NCBI GenBank assembly: GCA_012295275.1
Contig: CM022670.1
Coordinates: 2,108,001 to 2,172,000, forward strand
Origin: Chrysomallon squamiferum
Lineage: Eukaryota; Animalia; Mollusca
Length of the DNA: 64,000 bases
Direction of reading: 5' to 3'
Under the pieces are notes generated by a model that saw only the letters and a program-made list of their open reading frames with translations, ran no database searches and was not told the origin of the DNA. This document shows, one piece after another, positions 22,984 through 36,306 of this stretch (its first letter is position 1; every line of letters starts with the position of its first letter). A program made the position numbers and the translations under genes.

Positions 22984-23602
22984 ATTTTTTGTTCTAAGTT
23001 AATTTTTACATTTCTTTTTATGTTTTTGATATATTGTTAAACACTGACTCGGTACCTGATTTATAAGGTCGCGTACATCTAGAAGAGCCAAAACGTCTGA
23101 ACAAATTTCCATAAATCAGAATAAGAAAGCGTTCACCCTAAACTAGGTACTGCACGTCAAATGACTCACCTATCGTACCGAGTAACTTCGCTCTTCCAAA
23201 GGATGTATCAACTCCTAACAACACACGTTCTTCAAAGATACAATAAAATATAATGAAGTGGTGCACAGTACAATCTGCTTAGCTGAAAATTATTATTATT
23301 ATTATTATTATTTTAAAAATAATACAAATTGATTTAATTTCTTTTATGTAAAGTCCACCATTCAGGTCCGCATACAGGTATTCATACCTATTTATTTGTT
23401 TGAAAATTACAGAAATAAGTAAGAAAACTAGTCTATTTCGATTAAGGAATATTTATAGTTATAAAAAGTTATCGAAATGAAACATTTAAAACAGATCACA
23501 TGAACATAGGTCCACCTGAATTTTTAACAATGCATTACGTTTTCACATGTTTTTATCTGTGTCTTTGGTATGGTCTTTATTCTATCCGCCTTTACTTTCT
23601 TG

Positions 23603-23642
<40 letters not shown>

Positions 23643-25233
23643 TTTACTAACTTACTTGCTGTACATACATTATTTTCATTATATTTTCATTTTATTTATT
23701 TATTTATTTTACTTTAATAATTATTGAAAACATTTTAAGATTTTTTGTTGTACTACCTGAGCTAAGTATTCTAGACTAGTCAAGTTTATTTTATCTCCGT
23801 TTCCATAATAAAAAAATAATATTATTAATGTTAGGTAAAGGTAAACATTTCCACTGAAGTAAAATACAAATGCCAAAGCGCTGGTTATTGTTTGTGTCGC
23901 TATGGTGTATTGCACCAGTGTGTGCAATGCATATTCTGCAAAATGTTAGTAAATATTTTTCTTGACAACGACATATATAATATGTATATTAAGAAAATGA
24001 AAAATGCAGTTCATGTCAGGGTGACGATTTAAATGTGGTTTTATGGGTAATTGAATCGATTGATTTATTACATAATAAAATACGTGTTACATTATGACAA
24101 GGGATTGGGGTTTTTTGAGGGGGGGTTTCTTGCTTTTGAGAATAATAACATATTATGTGATCTTATACAGGGATATAATATTTGACATAACATTATTATT
24201 ATTATTATTATTAAATATAATTAAAAGCACGCATCTAATATGCAGAGGCTATATTACTGTTGAAAATGATGTTTAGAACTGTCAGAGTTAATAAAAATGA
24301 TATAAATTTCTTTCATTAGTGGCAGATTTAATTAACGTGCATTTGTCCATCAGCTTAAAGCGTATTTTTAATGACAGGAAGAAACAGTGTAAATAAATTT
24401 ATACGTCTAATTTACACTTAATTTGTATTTTGCCTTCCAAACGTAATTAATAATGAACCAAACCACAAAAAATAAATTTTCATAAACATGGGTGGCGCCT
24501 TTTTTTTTTTTTTTTTTTATATATATATATATATATTATTTTGTGACGTTATTGCGTTTACCAGTTTGATTTATAGATTCTTCTAATATCGTTTTGAAAT
24601 AAAATCTTAAAATAATAATAATAATAACAACATGACACTCCCAAGACACTTGTAAAAAGTTGGCGTTCAGATACTTTGTAACAGTATTATTTTACTGTTA
24701 TACCAAGTTAAAAGTGATGAAAGGTCACACTGTTTTTTTCTTACTGCCACAGATAAATCTACGCACTTTAATACTTGCAATCTAAATTCTAAAGCCCACT
24801 AAGAACACTCATTAATGACCCAAGTTCAAATTTATAAATAAAATAAAATAAAATATTAATAGTGATAAAATTAGAAAAAAAGATTAAGAGAGAATGATAA
24901 AACAACATTAATAATAATAATAATAATAATAAAAAAAATGAATAAAATATATACACATAATAGAGCAGTTTTAAATAAGTTCTTTTTTTTTTTTTTTCCA
25001 TGCATTATACACCTACCATTCTTTTCTTTTCTAAACTTTCTTTTTTCTTCTTTTAAGTACCAGTGGCAGTAATAAAAATTAATATATTCGCCTTTTTGTC
25101 GCTGTCGAGTTGGGTGCAGTAAATTCAAGACGCAGAAAACGGCAACGACGTAGGCTCTGAAATCATAACCCGAAGCAGACGCAAGCGATAACTGATCGTT
25201 AGTGGGTATGTATTATCATCAACATCATTATAC

Positions 25234-25272
<39 letters not shown>

Positions 25273-25794
25273 TCACTATTACTGACTGTTATTGATTACT
25301 AAATACATTTATGATTATGTACATTTGTTTGTTTATTACTGATTTTATTCCTGTTATTATTATATCATTACTTCATCATTCTTATTAATATTGTTGCTGC
25401 TGCTATATTAATGTTATCTTGTTGTTTGTTTTGTTGTTGTTTTTAGTGTGGATGTTGTTTTGATGTTATAAAAAAATAAATTAAGCACAGAAAGAAAATA
25501 AACACAACTTAAACATAATCCAAGTTGTTGGCGTTGTTACCTAATGTTATTCAAATACACTTGATTTAACTGATAAACTAACAGAACTCGGGCCTGTGTG
25601 TTATATAAAACTTATTTATTTCTACCATTCAAGGGTAAATAAAAGTTAATTACTAATAATCAGATATAAAATTAATATATTAAAAGATCATTTACAACAG
25701 AAAAATAAACGAACAAATTATCTGTGCGTGTATCCTTCTAAAATAAATAAATAAATAAATAAAAAAGGTGTTCGTTTTTGTTTTTCACAGTGCA

Positions 25795-25955
25795 TCAGTT
25801 GGGATACTTCCCATTCTAGCCAGGGCTCACGATTTATTTATAAGAAGCCAGGGTGTGCGTGGTTATTGTGTGTTTGTGGAGGGGTGAAATAAAATATAAC
25901 TTGCTGCTGACTGGTACAAGTAGGACACGTGGTGACAGCGGATTTTTCTCTCTGA
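25795..25955 (+). mobile_element. Degenerate SINE-like repeat copy
   Basis: TTCCCATTCTAGCCAG...GGGTGAAATAAAATATAACTTGCTGCTGA...GTGGTGACAGCGGATTTTTCTCTCT. It shares blocks with the 37.8, 43.9 and 58.6 kb copies and resembles a gastropod tRNA-derived SINE (from memory). Confidence 0.6.
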
Positions 25956-26648
25956 TTTCGTCACAATATTAAAAACAGCAAAAATCTTGTAGCAAAAAAG
26001 CAAATATTCCATTCATTTGTTCTATTTTAACGTGCGAGCTATAAACAAAATATTTTTTAAAAGTTACGTTACGACAGATTAGAGCAGTTATTTTATAAAA
26101 CATTATTCTACCAGAAAATATTATTTAGACGCAATATTTCACATCATTTATGTATTCCCTTTGCTTGTGTTTTCCCCTTCTTTGAGAGCATACTTAGTAA
26201 TATGGGGCATTTTCGTTGAGAGCTTCAAACCTTATTTAGCAGATTAGCCCTCCGAAATACCTTGAAAATTATACACATGCATACACACATAGGAGTAACT
26301 ATACACACGCATACATAAACATACACACACATACACACATACAGGAAATTCGTTTCGAATTTTCTAGTAACTAAAATAATCAAGTATTTGTGGAAATAGT
26401 ACATTTACTTTCTTTTCTTGTTTTTGTTTTCTAGCTTATTTATTTATTTATTATTATTATTACTATTTGTTTTGTTGTTGTTTTTCTAATTTTTTCTCTT
26501 TTTTTTCTTCTTTTTTCTTTTCTTCTTTTTTTTTTTTTTTTTTTTTTGCTTCTGACTGATGGGATAAGTAAACACTGGTATTTAAATAAAAATTCAGGCA
26601 TTTTTTCAAAAAAAATAGTTACTCTTTTCGTTAACCTTACAGCAATGC

Positions 26649-26651
<3 letters not shown>

Positions 26652-26725
<74 letters not shown>
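26652..26725. repeat. (AG)n microsatellite just upstream of the 26.8-27.1 kb promoter
   Basis: Direct reading. Confidence 0.97.
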
Positions 26726-26727
<2 letters not shown>

Positions 26728-26779
26728 TTATTACACCGTGCACTTTTAACGCAACAAAACTCAGCACCGAAATTACTCT

Positions 26780-27108
26780 AAAAAGGGATTCCGTAGAGTG
26801 CACATTCCATCCGCGCTCCTCGAAACAAACCCAAAGCGGTTTGTCGTTGTCATGGAAACCTATTATTTCCTGCAACTAAAGATCTGACCAATAGCGTTGG
26901 TTTTAACCAGCTGTTACGTCCAAGATGCGCAATGAGGTTGTACAGACGGAGGCAGGAGTGCGTCGCGCGTGTTCCCCGGAAGCGAAAGCAAGACCAGTGC
27001 AAGCCTACGGCAATTAAAAACAGTTTGACGATGATTTCTTGACAGTCGGTTCCAGGTCGCTTGGTGGGCAGTCGTACGGTTTTTGCACGCAGTTTATCTT
27101 CTCTGCCG
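26780..27108 (+). promoter_or_regulatory. CpG-rich promoter and probable non-coding first exon of an unidentified large gene
   Basis: Strongest local GC/CpG peak in the window. X-box-like GTTGTCATGGAAAC (26846-26859), CCAAT (26888-26892), ETS-like CCGGAAG (26976-26982), and a strong donor CCG|GTGAGT after 27108. It is followed by long CpG-poor, intron-like DNA. Confidence 0.65.
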
Positions 27109-27648
27109 GTGAGTTTCTCTTGTTATTTTTTTTCATTTAAAATTAAATGCAGAAGACAGGAAACATGAGACGTTTCTGATCAAACATTCCATGCGGTTTA
27201 AATAGCAGTGGGATTTGTCTGGGGCGCAGACACACTTTTTTTTTGTGGTTGTTGTTGTTGTATTGCATGTTCCACCAGTGACCAACAGCACGCGCCTTTC
27301 CAAATAGCCGAGTGGTTGAAGTGCCTGTAATTGTGTTACGCCGTTCTGGTTCAGTGAGATGAAAATCACTAATTTCAGTGCATCGCGTATTGGGAAATTT
27401 AGAGTGGTGCTAGCATTCGATTAAACCAGCTGATTAAATCGTGTTGTGAGACTTAAAAGTCTGGTTCACTAAATTATCAGATAGATGGCGCGGGTTAGAA
27501 ATACATTTATTATACTACGTTATACATTTATTTTTTGACTTGCATAGATGTAGTGAAACTAAAAGTAGATACAAATAACATTAACTTTTAACTTTTAAAA
27601 GCATTTTGTTTTACAGTTATATAGTTAAAATATATCAATTTAAACTAA

Positions 27649-27651
<3 letters not shown>

Positions 27652-27741
<90 letters not shown>
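27652..27741. repeat. (TC)n(AC)n compound microsatellite
   Basis: Direct reading. Confidence 0.97.
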
Positions 27742-27747
<6 letters not shown>

Positions 27748-28969
27748 AATTTTTATTAAATCACTTTCAAAGTACAGTAAGTGCTACCATTTTGTTTTGT
27801 GTTAAAAAGTAAATTGTCTGTACGCATCAGATACATCTCCTATATTATTAATGCCTTGTGTCTCTTCATCATTTTTTTTTTTTTTTTTTATAATTATTTA
27901 ATTATTTAATATACCCCTTTCAGAAATAAAAAAATAAAAATAAAATCGCAAACAAAATTTTAAAATATTTTTTTAAAATGTCTGACACAAGTTTTTTTTT
28001 TTTCATTTATTATTATTATTTTTATTTTTTTTTTTTTTTTTTTTGTCCTCAAACGTTCTCCTTATTTGACCTCTCTTCAAATTTCTTAAAGGAATCTAAG
28101 AGTTACAAGATAGGAGTGGCTATGTTTTTATTGGAATTTTTGGGTCAATAGCTTTCAAGTTAAAATTTAAGTTTTATAATAAAAAAAAAAAAAATGGAGA
28201 AAAAACCTTGACACTATCTGTGATCTGGAGATAATAATTAAAACAAATTTATTAAAAAATGGAGACACATACTTGCTGAGTACATTTTTTGGACCTGCCA
28301 TTTAGTTTACATTCAGTTTTAATATAAAAGTTTTGCTTTTTAAGTAACCGGTCCTCTGTTGCAGGTTTAGAAAATGAAGATGTGAAATTTAAAACAATTT
28401 TGTGTTTTTGTTTTCTGTTGACATGACCAGTGATGACATCATGTTTAATTTGACACTGCAGGCTCCTGGCATCCTTGGGAGAAGTGATTGAAAATACCAT
28501 ATGTCGTTAAAAAGAAAAAATGGGGAAAAAATATGACGCAGCTGTTTTTTAACGGGTTGTTTGGTAAAAAGAAAATTTTGTTTTTTTCAGAATCTTTACG
28601 AAATGATCAACACATACTTAGGTGTTATTATCAGTTTAGCAATTTTTTTTTTCGTTTAAAGAAAGATCTGTTGAAATTTTGTTATTTATATAATAATAAG
28701 ATGAAATACTATCACAGCTAGTCTCTCTGCATTAATTTGCCTAGCAAATGTTTGTTTTAAGATCAGATATTCTTTCTTAATGGCAATTCAGAACATTTAC
28801 ACAGAAACTTGTAGTTAAAAAATGAGCAGCCATTACCTGGCACGTTGTCAAGACAACTGCAAAAACAAACTCCCAGACTTCACTCCCTGAAACAGGAAAA
28901 TAGTCAACCATTTTTAAAATGTTTCCATGAGTAAAGGTTCAAGAATGTACGTTTAAGCTCTGCAAGCAG

Positions 28970-29555
28970 TGATCTGATTTATTTACCCAGGAAAGTGTTA
29001 GTATGTTGGAGCATCTGCTCAGTTTACCCATGAAAACATTAGTATGTTAAAGAATCTGGTTTATTTGTGCAAGACAGTGTTAGTAAATCAGAGCATATGG
29101 TTTATTTTTCCTAGTGAGTATCAGTATGTTGAATGACTTATTTATCCAAAGCAGTTTAGTATGTTAAAGGATCTGGTCTATATAACCAAGCCATTATTAG
29201 TATATTAAAATATCTGATTTGTTTATTCACAAAAATTATTATGTTAGAGCATGTAATTTATTTGTCCAAGACAGTTTTAATATGTTAAATAATCTGGTCT
29301 ATTTATTCAAAACAATGTTAGTATGTTAAATAACCTGGATATTTATTCAAGACAATGTTTGTATGTTAAGTATAGAAATGTTAGTATGTTAGAGGATCTG
29401 TTCATTTATCCAAAATACTGTTAGTATGTTAGAGGATCTGGTTTATTTATCCAAGAGATTGTTAGTGTGTAAGAAGATCTGTTTATTTTCCCAAGATAAT
29501 TTGACTGTTTAGAAGGTCAGATTTGTGTTTGCCCAAGTCAGTGTTAGTGTGTTAG
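28970..29555. repeat. Degenerate minisatellite, 40-41 bp unit
   Basis: Unit about GTTAGTATGTTAGAGGATCTGGTTTATTTATCCAAGA.A.T; starts at 29381, 29421 and 29462 give the period. Confidence 0.8.
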
Positions 29556-29942
29556 ACGACAGAGAAATGTAATTGTCTTCTACAGTTAGCTCTCAGTCGG
29601 TATCAGGATATGATCTCAGAACCTTTCTGTCCAAAATTTAAAAGATTTAACAATAAGCAAAGGGAGTAATGTTTCAAGAGATTAGCACAGGGATATTTAC
29701 CATCAAACTGTCTTGAAAAGTACATTTGCTGTCGGGCAGAAGCTGTTATTTTATTGACAGGAGCAAGGCTTTGTCAAAGCCTAAGAACAATATTTATTTT
29801 GGTTTTACCAGGTCACATTATCTGGACTGTAGGGTTAAACTGTTTCAATCATTGTTTACTTGTACCGGATCTTGACAGCACCTTTTTAATTACACCTGAC
29901 AAACTAGCATTTCTTAATATTACCTTGTTAGGGTATGTAATA

Positions 29943-30048
29943 ATTTACTTATTTTCTGCTGTAGATATTTACTTATTTTCTGCTATAGCTATTTACTTAT
30001 TTTCTGCTGTTGCTATTTACTTATTTTCTGCTGTAGCTATTTACTTTC
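29943..30048. repeat. 24-bp tandem repeat, about 4.5 copies
   Basis: ATTTACTTATTTTCTGCTGTAGCT repeated. Confidence 0.9.
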
Positions 30049-32654
30049 ATACTTCTTCACGTTTTCGTGACAAGCAACAAAAGAAAATTTCAAGGTGTAT
30101 CCCTTTTGTTATTACTTGAAGTAATTTTATTTTGTTATCAGTTTAGCTCAGTCATCTTAAACTAGTTAATCCTTCATACAACTGTGAATGAAACTAGTGA
30201 CAAAAACTAACAATTGAATGTATGGAAATTTAATTTGCAGGTGAATTATATATTGCGATAATGTCACATGAGTGAATGATACTGAAATAGGTAAAGAAGT
30301 ATTGGTTTGATCAAAATTATTTTTTCAGTGTATTTCATGCTGCTTAGAGTACATATTGGTCACTGGTACATATATATATTTATTATTATAAATGCTGTGA
30401 ATACTGTGAAGCTGGAATAATATTGTGTTAACTAGACATATATTAAATTAAATAATATCAAAAGAATAGAGCAGATAACTGCATTTCACTTTTATCTGTT
30501 TAATAATAAATGAATAAATAAACAGTCTATAAATGTTTCATTCCTTTAACCAGTTTACAGTTATATTTAAATAACCAAGTCAAAGAGAACTACTTTTAAA
30601 TTTTATAATTAAAGGAAAACAAAACAGGTCATGTAATTAATAATTTTTGTATAATAAATAATGCTACATAATAAATAAGTTGTGGTTTCCATGTGTATGT
30701 CACATGGAGTTTGTTTACTAAGGTCATTGAACAATGATCTCAAGAACTGCACAGTGTGTTTTAGAATGAACAATTTGGGTGTGGTGCTGCATGAGATGAG
30801 TTATTGAAAGTGTATGATTTTGCTAATACGCAATGGCCTATCTCTAAAGAACATACAGAACAAATGTATTTGGATAGTCAAGCACTTAGCAGTGCAGTTC
30901 TTTGTTCTGAATTCAAATATATTTTGCTATCACCATAACAGCATGATTCAGTAATTCATAGTTCACATTCACAATAAGCAGTGACACAAGCATGTGTCTG
31001 TCTTCTATAAGAGTATTTGACTTCATAAACACAACCTAAGATTTGCACCACACGCTCAGTATTAAGTAAAATATATGCATTGGTTTTATGATATAGCTGT
31101 TAGAGTTCAGTGCACACCTTTCGTAAACATTTATCTGTTTTTTTTAAAAATAATTCTAACAAAAGAAAAAACATTAAGTGTAACAAAGTTATCTCCCTTC
31201 CAACACTTAGTTTTAATTGCATTTTGCACCTATTCAGATGAACTTTTAAATATGTATAAACATTTATTGTCTTTTTAAATGAACATTTTTTTTTTCTACA
31301 CAAATACTTTTGGAATATATTTTTTTCACCCATTACTTAAGGCCAAAGTATAGTAATTATTTCAAGCAAGTATGTGTGCACACACATCCACACACACATT
31401 TTACACCAATTTTTTTATGGTATTTTAATAATAAAATTTTAGAGCTAATGTCAGTATCTGGTAAATTTTTAATAATACAAAATTACTGCCAAACTTGGAA
31501 AAGGAAAAAGAATAATTTTAAAAATTTTAGCATATAATTTAGCTTTTATGATTTTAAAGAATTTACTAAATACTCTTCTGATTTCAGTTTTTCCAGTTGG
31601 AAAATTTCTAATCATAAAATAACTAAGGTTAAAAAATAATAATGATAATAAATGAAAATATATATTGACATATAATTTTGGATTTATAATTTTTATCAAA
31701 TTACTAATAAAAAAATCTAATTGTAATTCCCTGATATGGAAAATTTCTAATTATAAAATAAATGAAAAAAAAAAAAAAAAAAAAATAAATAGTTTTTTGC
31801 CTGTCAAAAATATCCCAAAAACAAAATTGAATGAACACTTATTTTATTAATTAATTAATTAATTATTATTATTATTATTATTATTATTATTTTATTATTT
31901 TTTCTTTTCTTTTTTTCTTTTTCTTTATTTTTTTGTTGTTTTGATACAATAGAAACAAAAATGATACTATCCTGGAAATTACTAAATGAAAATTTTATGA
32001 TCTTGTTTAGATCTAATTACAAAAATTGCCATCAAAGGTTTACAAAAAGTTGAAAGCAAATTTTGATGTGCTTTTGTTTTTAGCAACAGTGCATTAGTGA
32101 CTGGGAGAGATCCATTAAAAAGTAACTTGCCACTGGCAAAAAGCTGTCATCAAGCTACAATTATGGCTTTGGGAAGCATGTTTAAGACATATAATCCATA
32201 GGGACAATTATGTGGCTGAATGCTTTTTTATAATTAGCAAATAACTGGTGAAAAAACAACAACACATTAAAAAAAAAGAGGAAAAAAAGAAATTATATTA
32301 AGATTTATTTAAGTAATTTTGCCTTAACATAAAAACAGGAGATTTTTAATGTATTGTTTACAAAAGTTGTAGTTTGTGGGAATGATCATGTTAAAACTGA
32401 TTTGTAAGAGAGGTCCATTTACACATTGAGTGGCTTTCTTCTCTCTTGTGTTTGTAAAAAAAAAAAAAAAAAAATGAATTATGAGTAGATATATAATGAC
32501 TGTTAATATACAAATTTTGAAATTTCAGTAAACATTATTCATTTATAGAGAGTACTATTTAACATCTGCTGAAGACAGTCACACAATCAATGTGCCAGAA
32601 ATGTTTTTAACCACTTCACAACCAAGGATGGTGTTTTGTTTTATGTTGCAGGTA

Positions 32655-33416
32655 TAACCCATTGTACTTTTGAATGTGGTTATTTAACCATTGTACTTTT
32701 GAATGTAGTTATTTAACCATTATACTTCAGAATGTGGTTATTTAACCACTGAACTACTGAATCTGGTTATTTAACCATTGTACTACTGAATGCGGTTATT
32801 TAACCATTGAACTACTAAATCTGGCTGTTTAACCATTGTACTTCTGAATCTGGTTATTTAACCATTGTACTACTGAATCTGGCTATTTAACTACTGTACT
32901 TTTGAATCTTTGTTATTTAAGCACTGAACTACTGAATGTGGCTATTTAACCATTGTACTTCTGAATGTGGTTATTTAACCACTGTACTATAGAATGTGGT
33001 TATTTAGCCATTGTACTATAGAATGTGGTTATTTAACCATTGTACTACTGAATCTGGCTATTTAATCATTGTGGTTGTTTAACATTGTTCTACCAAAGGT
33101 GGTTGTTTAACATTGTTCTACCAAAGGTTGTTTAACATTGTTCTACCAAAGGTGGTTGTTTAACATTGTTCTACTAAAGGTGGTTGTTTAACATTGTTCT
33201 ACCAAAGGTGGTTGTTTAACATTGTTCTACCAAAGGTGGCTGTTTAACATTGTTCTACCAAAGGTGGTTGTTTAACATTGTTCTACCAAAGGTGGTTGTT
33301 TAACATTGTTCTACCAAAGGTGGTTGTTTAACATTGTTCTACTAAAGGTGGTTGTTTAACATTGTTCTACCAAAGGTGGTTGTTTAACATTGTTCTACCA
33401 AAGGTGGTTGTTTAAT
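32655..33416. repeat. Compound minisatellite: 29-bp units (to about 33070), then related 28-bp units
   Basis: GGTTATTTAACCATTGTACT(A/T)CTGAAT(G/C)T about 14 times, then GGTGGTTGTTTAACATTGTTCTACCAAA about 12 times. Confidence 0.95.
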
Positions 33417-33828
33417 GACTTCATCACAAGCTGGTTTTGTTTAACCACCAGGCTGATTATTATTATTTTATTTTTGCTAAATCATGGATGTGTATGCCTT
33501 TCACGCAGTTTAAATTAATTAATTATTTTTTTTGATGACTACTCAGTATGGAGATACTGATACACTCATGTACGTACCTGAACAATGGTCAGGAATTTCA
33601 AGAAAACTGCATCTCTATCCAGAATTTATTAAGGTTAAAAATAAAATGTGTTGAATTTCAATTTCCGATCATGGATTTGCATGTTTACCTGGCTATTTGC
33701 CAACAAATGTGACTTAGGATGACTTCTCATTTGTCTTTTTTTATCTGACATAAAAGCTTGATGAATTTAATCATGCTCTTATTTTTTTAATTAGATTTCT
33801 TTTTCTTTTTAAGTATAAATAGTTAAAT

Positions 33829-33861
<33 letters not shown>

Positions 33862-34583
33862 GTGAATTAAAGAATATTCATTTAATGATAATTTGTCCTG
33901 TATTGTCATTCATAGTTATTAAGTATTATTAAGTTATATGTGATATGGGAAGAAACCAACACTGCTCTGCTGTTCTTTTTTTTAAAATTATTATTAAAAA
34001 CAGGTAATCTTTTATCTAAACATTTACATAAAAACACGTACTTATTAACAGTTTTTGTATTACAGAGATATGAGAAACAATCTGAAGCTTTCGTTATATC
34101 TACATTTTTCTTTAGGATTTGGGATTGTCTATCTGCATCTCTCTTTAGAATGAATAAAATATATATATATATATCACATACTCTGATATATCAATTTTGT
34201 TAGAATAGGAAATCATTTATGATTGGTATCATGTTTCACACCAAAGTGTTAAAAATTACTCATAAAATGGTATGTTGATCACAAATTAATTTAAAAAAAA
34301 AAAAAAAAAAAAAAAGAAGATTAAGAAATGGAAGGTAAAGAAAATAAAAATATAAAAAGTGGAAAAACATTTTTTTGTTATTTTTATATTTGTTTCATTA
34401 GAATTACGTTTCATGTGTAGGTGTTTGCAAATTAAATTACAGGCTGAATTATACTGATGAATTATGTATGTTGCAAGTACGGTTATATCCTTTTTTTTTC
34501 CCCTTTTTTTTTCCACATATATTTTATTTATTTACTTACTTACATTATTATTATTATTATTATTATTATTTATTTTTTTTTTT

Positions 34584-34653
<70 letters not shown>

Positions 34654-35149
34654 CAGTATTGAAGATAATGGGGTTTTTTATGTGCAATATAAATATTCAA
34701 GGTTAGATTTTATTTTCATGTTATTGAATAATGTCAGTTATGATGAACAGATGTTTTTATGGTTAATATCATCACGGGTACCAAGTACAGGTTTTATACA
34801 CTATTTGTACAATACCAGCAGCAAACTTTTAAAATTACATTTATATATATGTATATACAATACCTATTTTAATATGTATGTTACCAGTTATGAAAGTGAG
34901 GTATATCAATTATCAAGGTTAAATTTTGCTTGTATAATGTATACCAATTACAAAATTTGTAACTTAACTCTTATTTTCTGCAGCAGATAAAGCGTCTGGC
35001 TTTGTCAGAAAGCTTCCCTTGATTAGCATGTTAAGTTTTTCATTCACTCACTATCAGTTACCAAGGTTTATATACTTACAGTTATAATATCAGCAGCCAA
35101 GCTTAGCTTTTGCATGTGCAGTATATAACTGTTGTGAAGGTGAGATCTT

Positions 35150-35632
35150 TTATGTATGATACCAGTTGTCAAACTTAATTTTTACATACATAAAATATCA
35201 GTTATCAATATTCATATCTTATAATATCAGTTATCAATGTTCATATCTTATAATATCAGTTATCTATGTTCATATACTTATAATATCAGTTATCAAAGAT
35301 CATATACTTATAATATCAGTTATTAAGGTCTGATATTGTATATATAGTAAATGCCAGTTACGAAAGTTAGATTTGTGTTTGTATAATATCAGTTATCAAA
35401 CTTAAGTTTTATATACATATAATGTCAGTTATCGATGTTTATATCTTATAAGATCATTATCAAGGTTCATATACTTATAATATCAGTTATCAAAGATCAT
35501 ATACTTATAATATAATTTATCAAAGATCATATACTTATAATATCAGTTATTAAGGCCTGATATTGTATATATAGTAAATGCCAGTTACAAACGTTAGATT
35601 TGTGTTTGTATAATGTCAGTTATCAAGGTCTT
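35150..35632. repeat. About 30-bp minisatellite with a higher-order duplication
   Basis: ATATCAGTTATCAAAGATCATATACTTATA units start at 35224, 35253, 35283 and 35313. The block at about 35295-35400 recurs at about 35522-35627. Decayed units extend left to about 34730. Confidence 0.88.
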
Positions 35633-36229
35633 GAGTTATATGAATAATCCCATTATCTAGTTTATGTTTTGCATCAGTTATGGTGTGGTTGGACTTTCTT
35701 TTTTCAAAAGAAGCTAGGGCTGTAATAATTTGATTTCCTCAGAAACGAGACAGGCTTATTTCTTCATGTCCAGATGCCCTATCACGTTTCAACAGGGTCG
35801 AACATTGTTTCTGTTGGTGTTGACCTAATTTGAAGTGTGACAGCTACATGCAGCCCTGTGTCACTGTCACACTGCAATCTCCAGTTACACACCCAGGTGA
35901 GTTGCCCTCTCAGGACATGATGTAGACAAGCATACCGTAAACCTTCTCTTTACTGCCACTTGGGGTTTTTTCCACTGTTAATTTCATACTCGAGGTGGAA
36001 ATACAAAAGTGGATTTTTTTTTTTTTTTTTTTTAAATTTTTAATTTTGTTATCCAGTATTCTCAGTTCAAATATTTCACTGTTGTAGTTGACGGAGTTGC
36101 CAGCTGTGCACATGAATGGAGCAAGGGCTGCAGTAGTTTTTATTACACAGCAGACTGTTTGAAGAGCACGTTATTTAAGCTTTACAGTATTTGACATTTT
36201 GTCATAATATATTGCCTCTCTGTCTGTAG

Positions 36230-36306
36230 GTGACTGACTGTACAGCTTGGATTGTGCACTATCCAGCTCGGCTGGGGATGTGGATGAAAGGGTGTCCAGT
36301 CGTGTG
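36230..36306 (+). other. Candidate internal exon (77 nt) of the downstream gene
   Basis: Acceptor CCTCTCTGTCTGTAG| and donor GTG|GTAAGT flank a GC-richer block. An upstream donor CAG|GTGAGT lies after 35896. Contains ATG TGG ATG AAA GGG TGT CCA GTC GTG TG. Confidence 0.45.

Noticed and set aside
27175-27210. Short similarity between this minus-strand segment and the MITE interior (YLNRMECL vs YLNRMKCL)
   Set aside because: Only about 23 AT-rich nucleotides with several mismatches and no TIRs; likely chance.
29754-30119. 121-aa ORF with IYLFSAVA repeats
   Set aside because: It is open only because the 24-bp repeat lacks stops; it has a non-ATG start and no splice or homology support.
31337-32326. 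Possible TTAA-flanked (Kolobok-like) element with TTAAGGC...GCCTTAA ends
   Set aside because: The inverted match decays after about 11 nt in very AT-rich DNA, which is not enough to support a call.
34457-34990. Longest ORF in the track (177 aa) and similar ORFs at 44237, 53234-53527, 26546 and 22813
   Set aside because: These are translations of microsatellites and poly-T/ATT tracts, with no domain signal.
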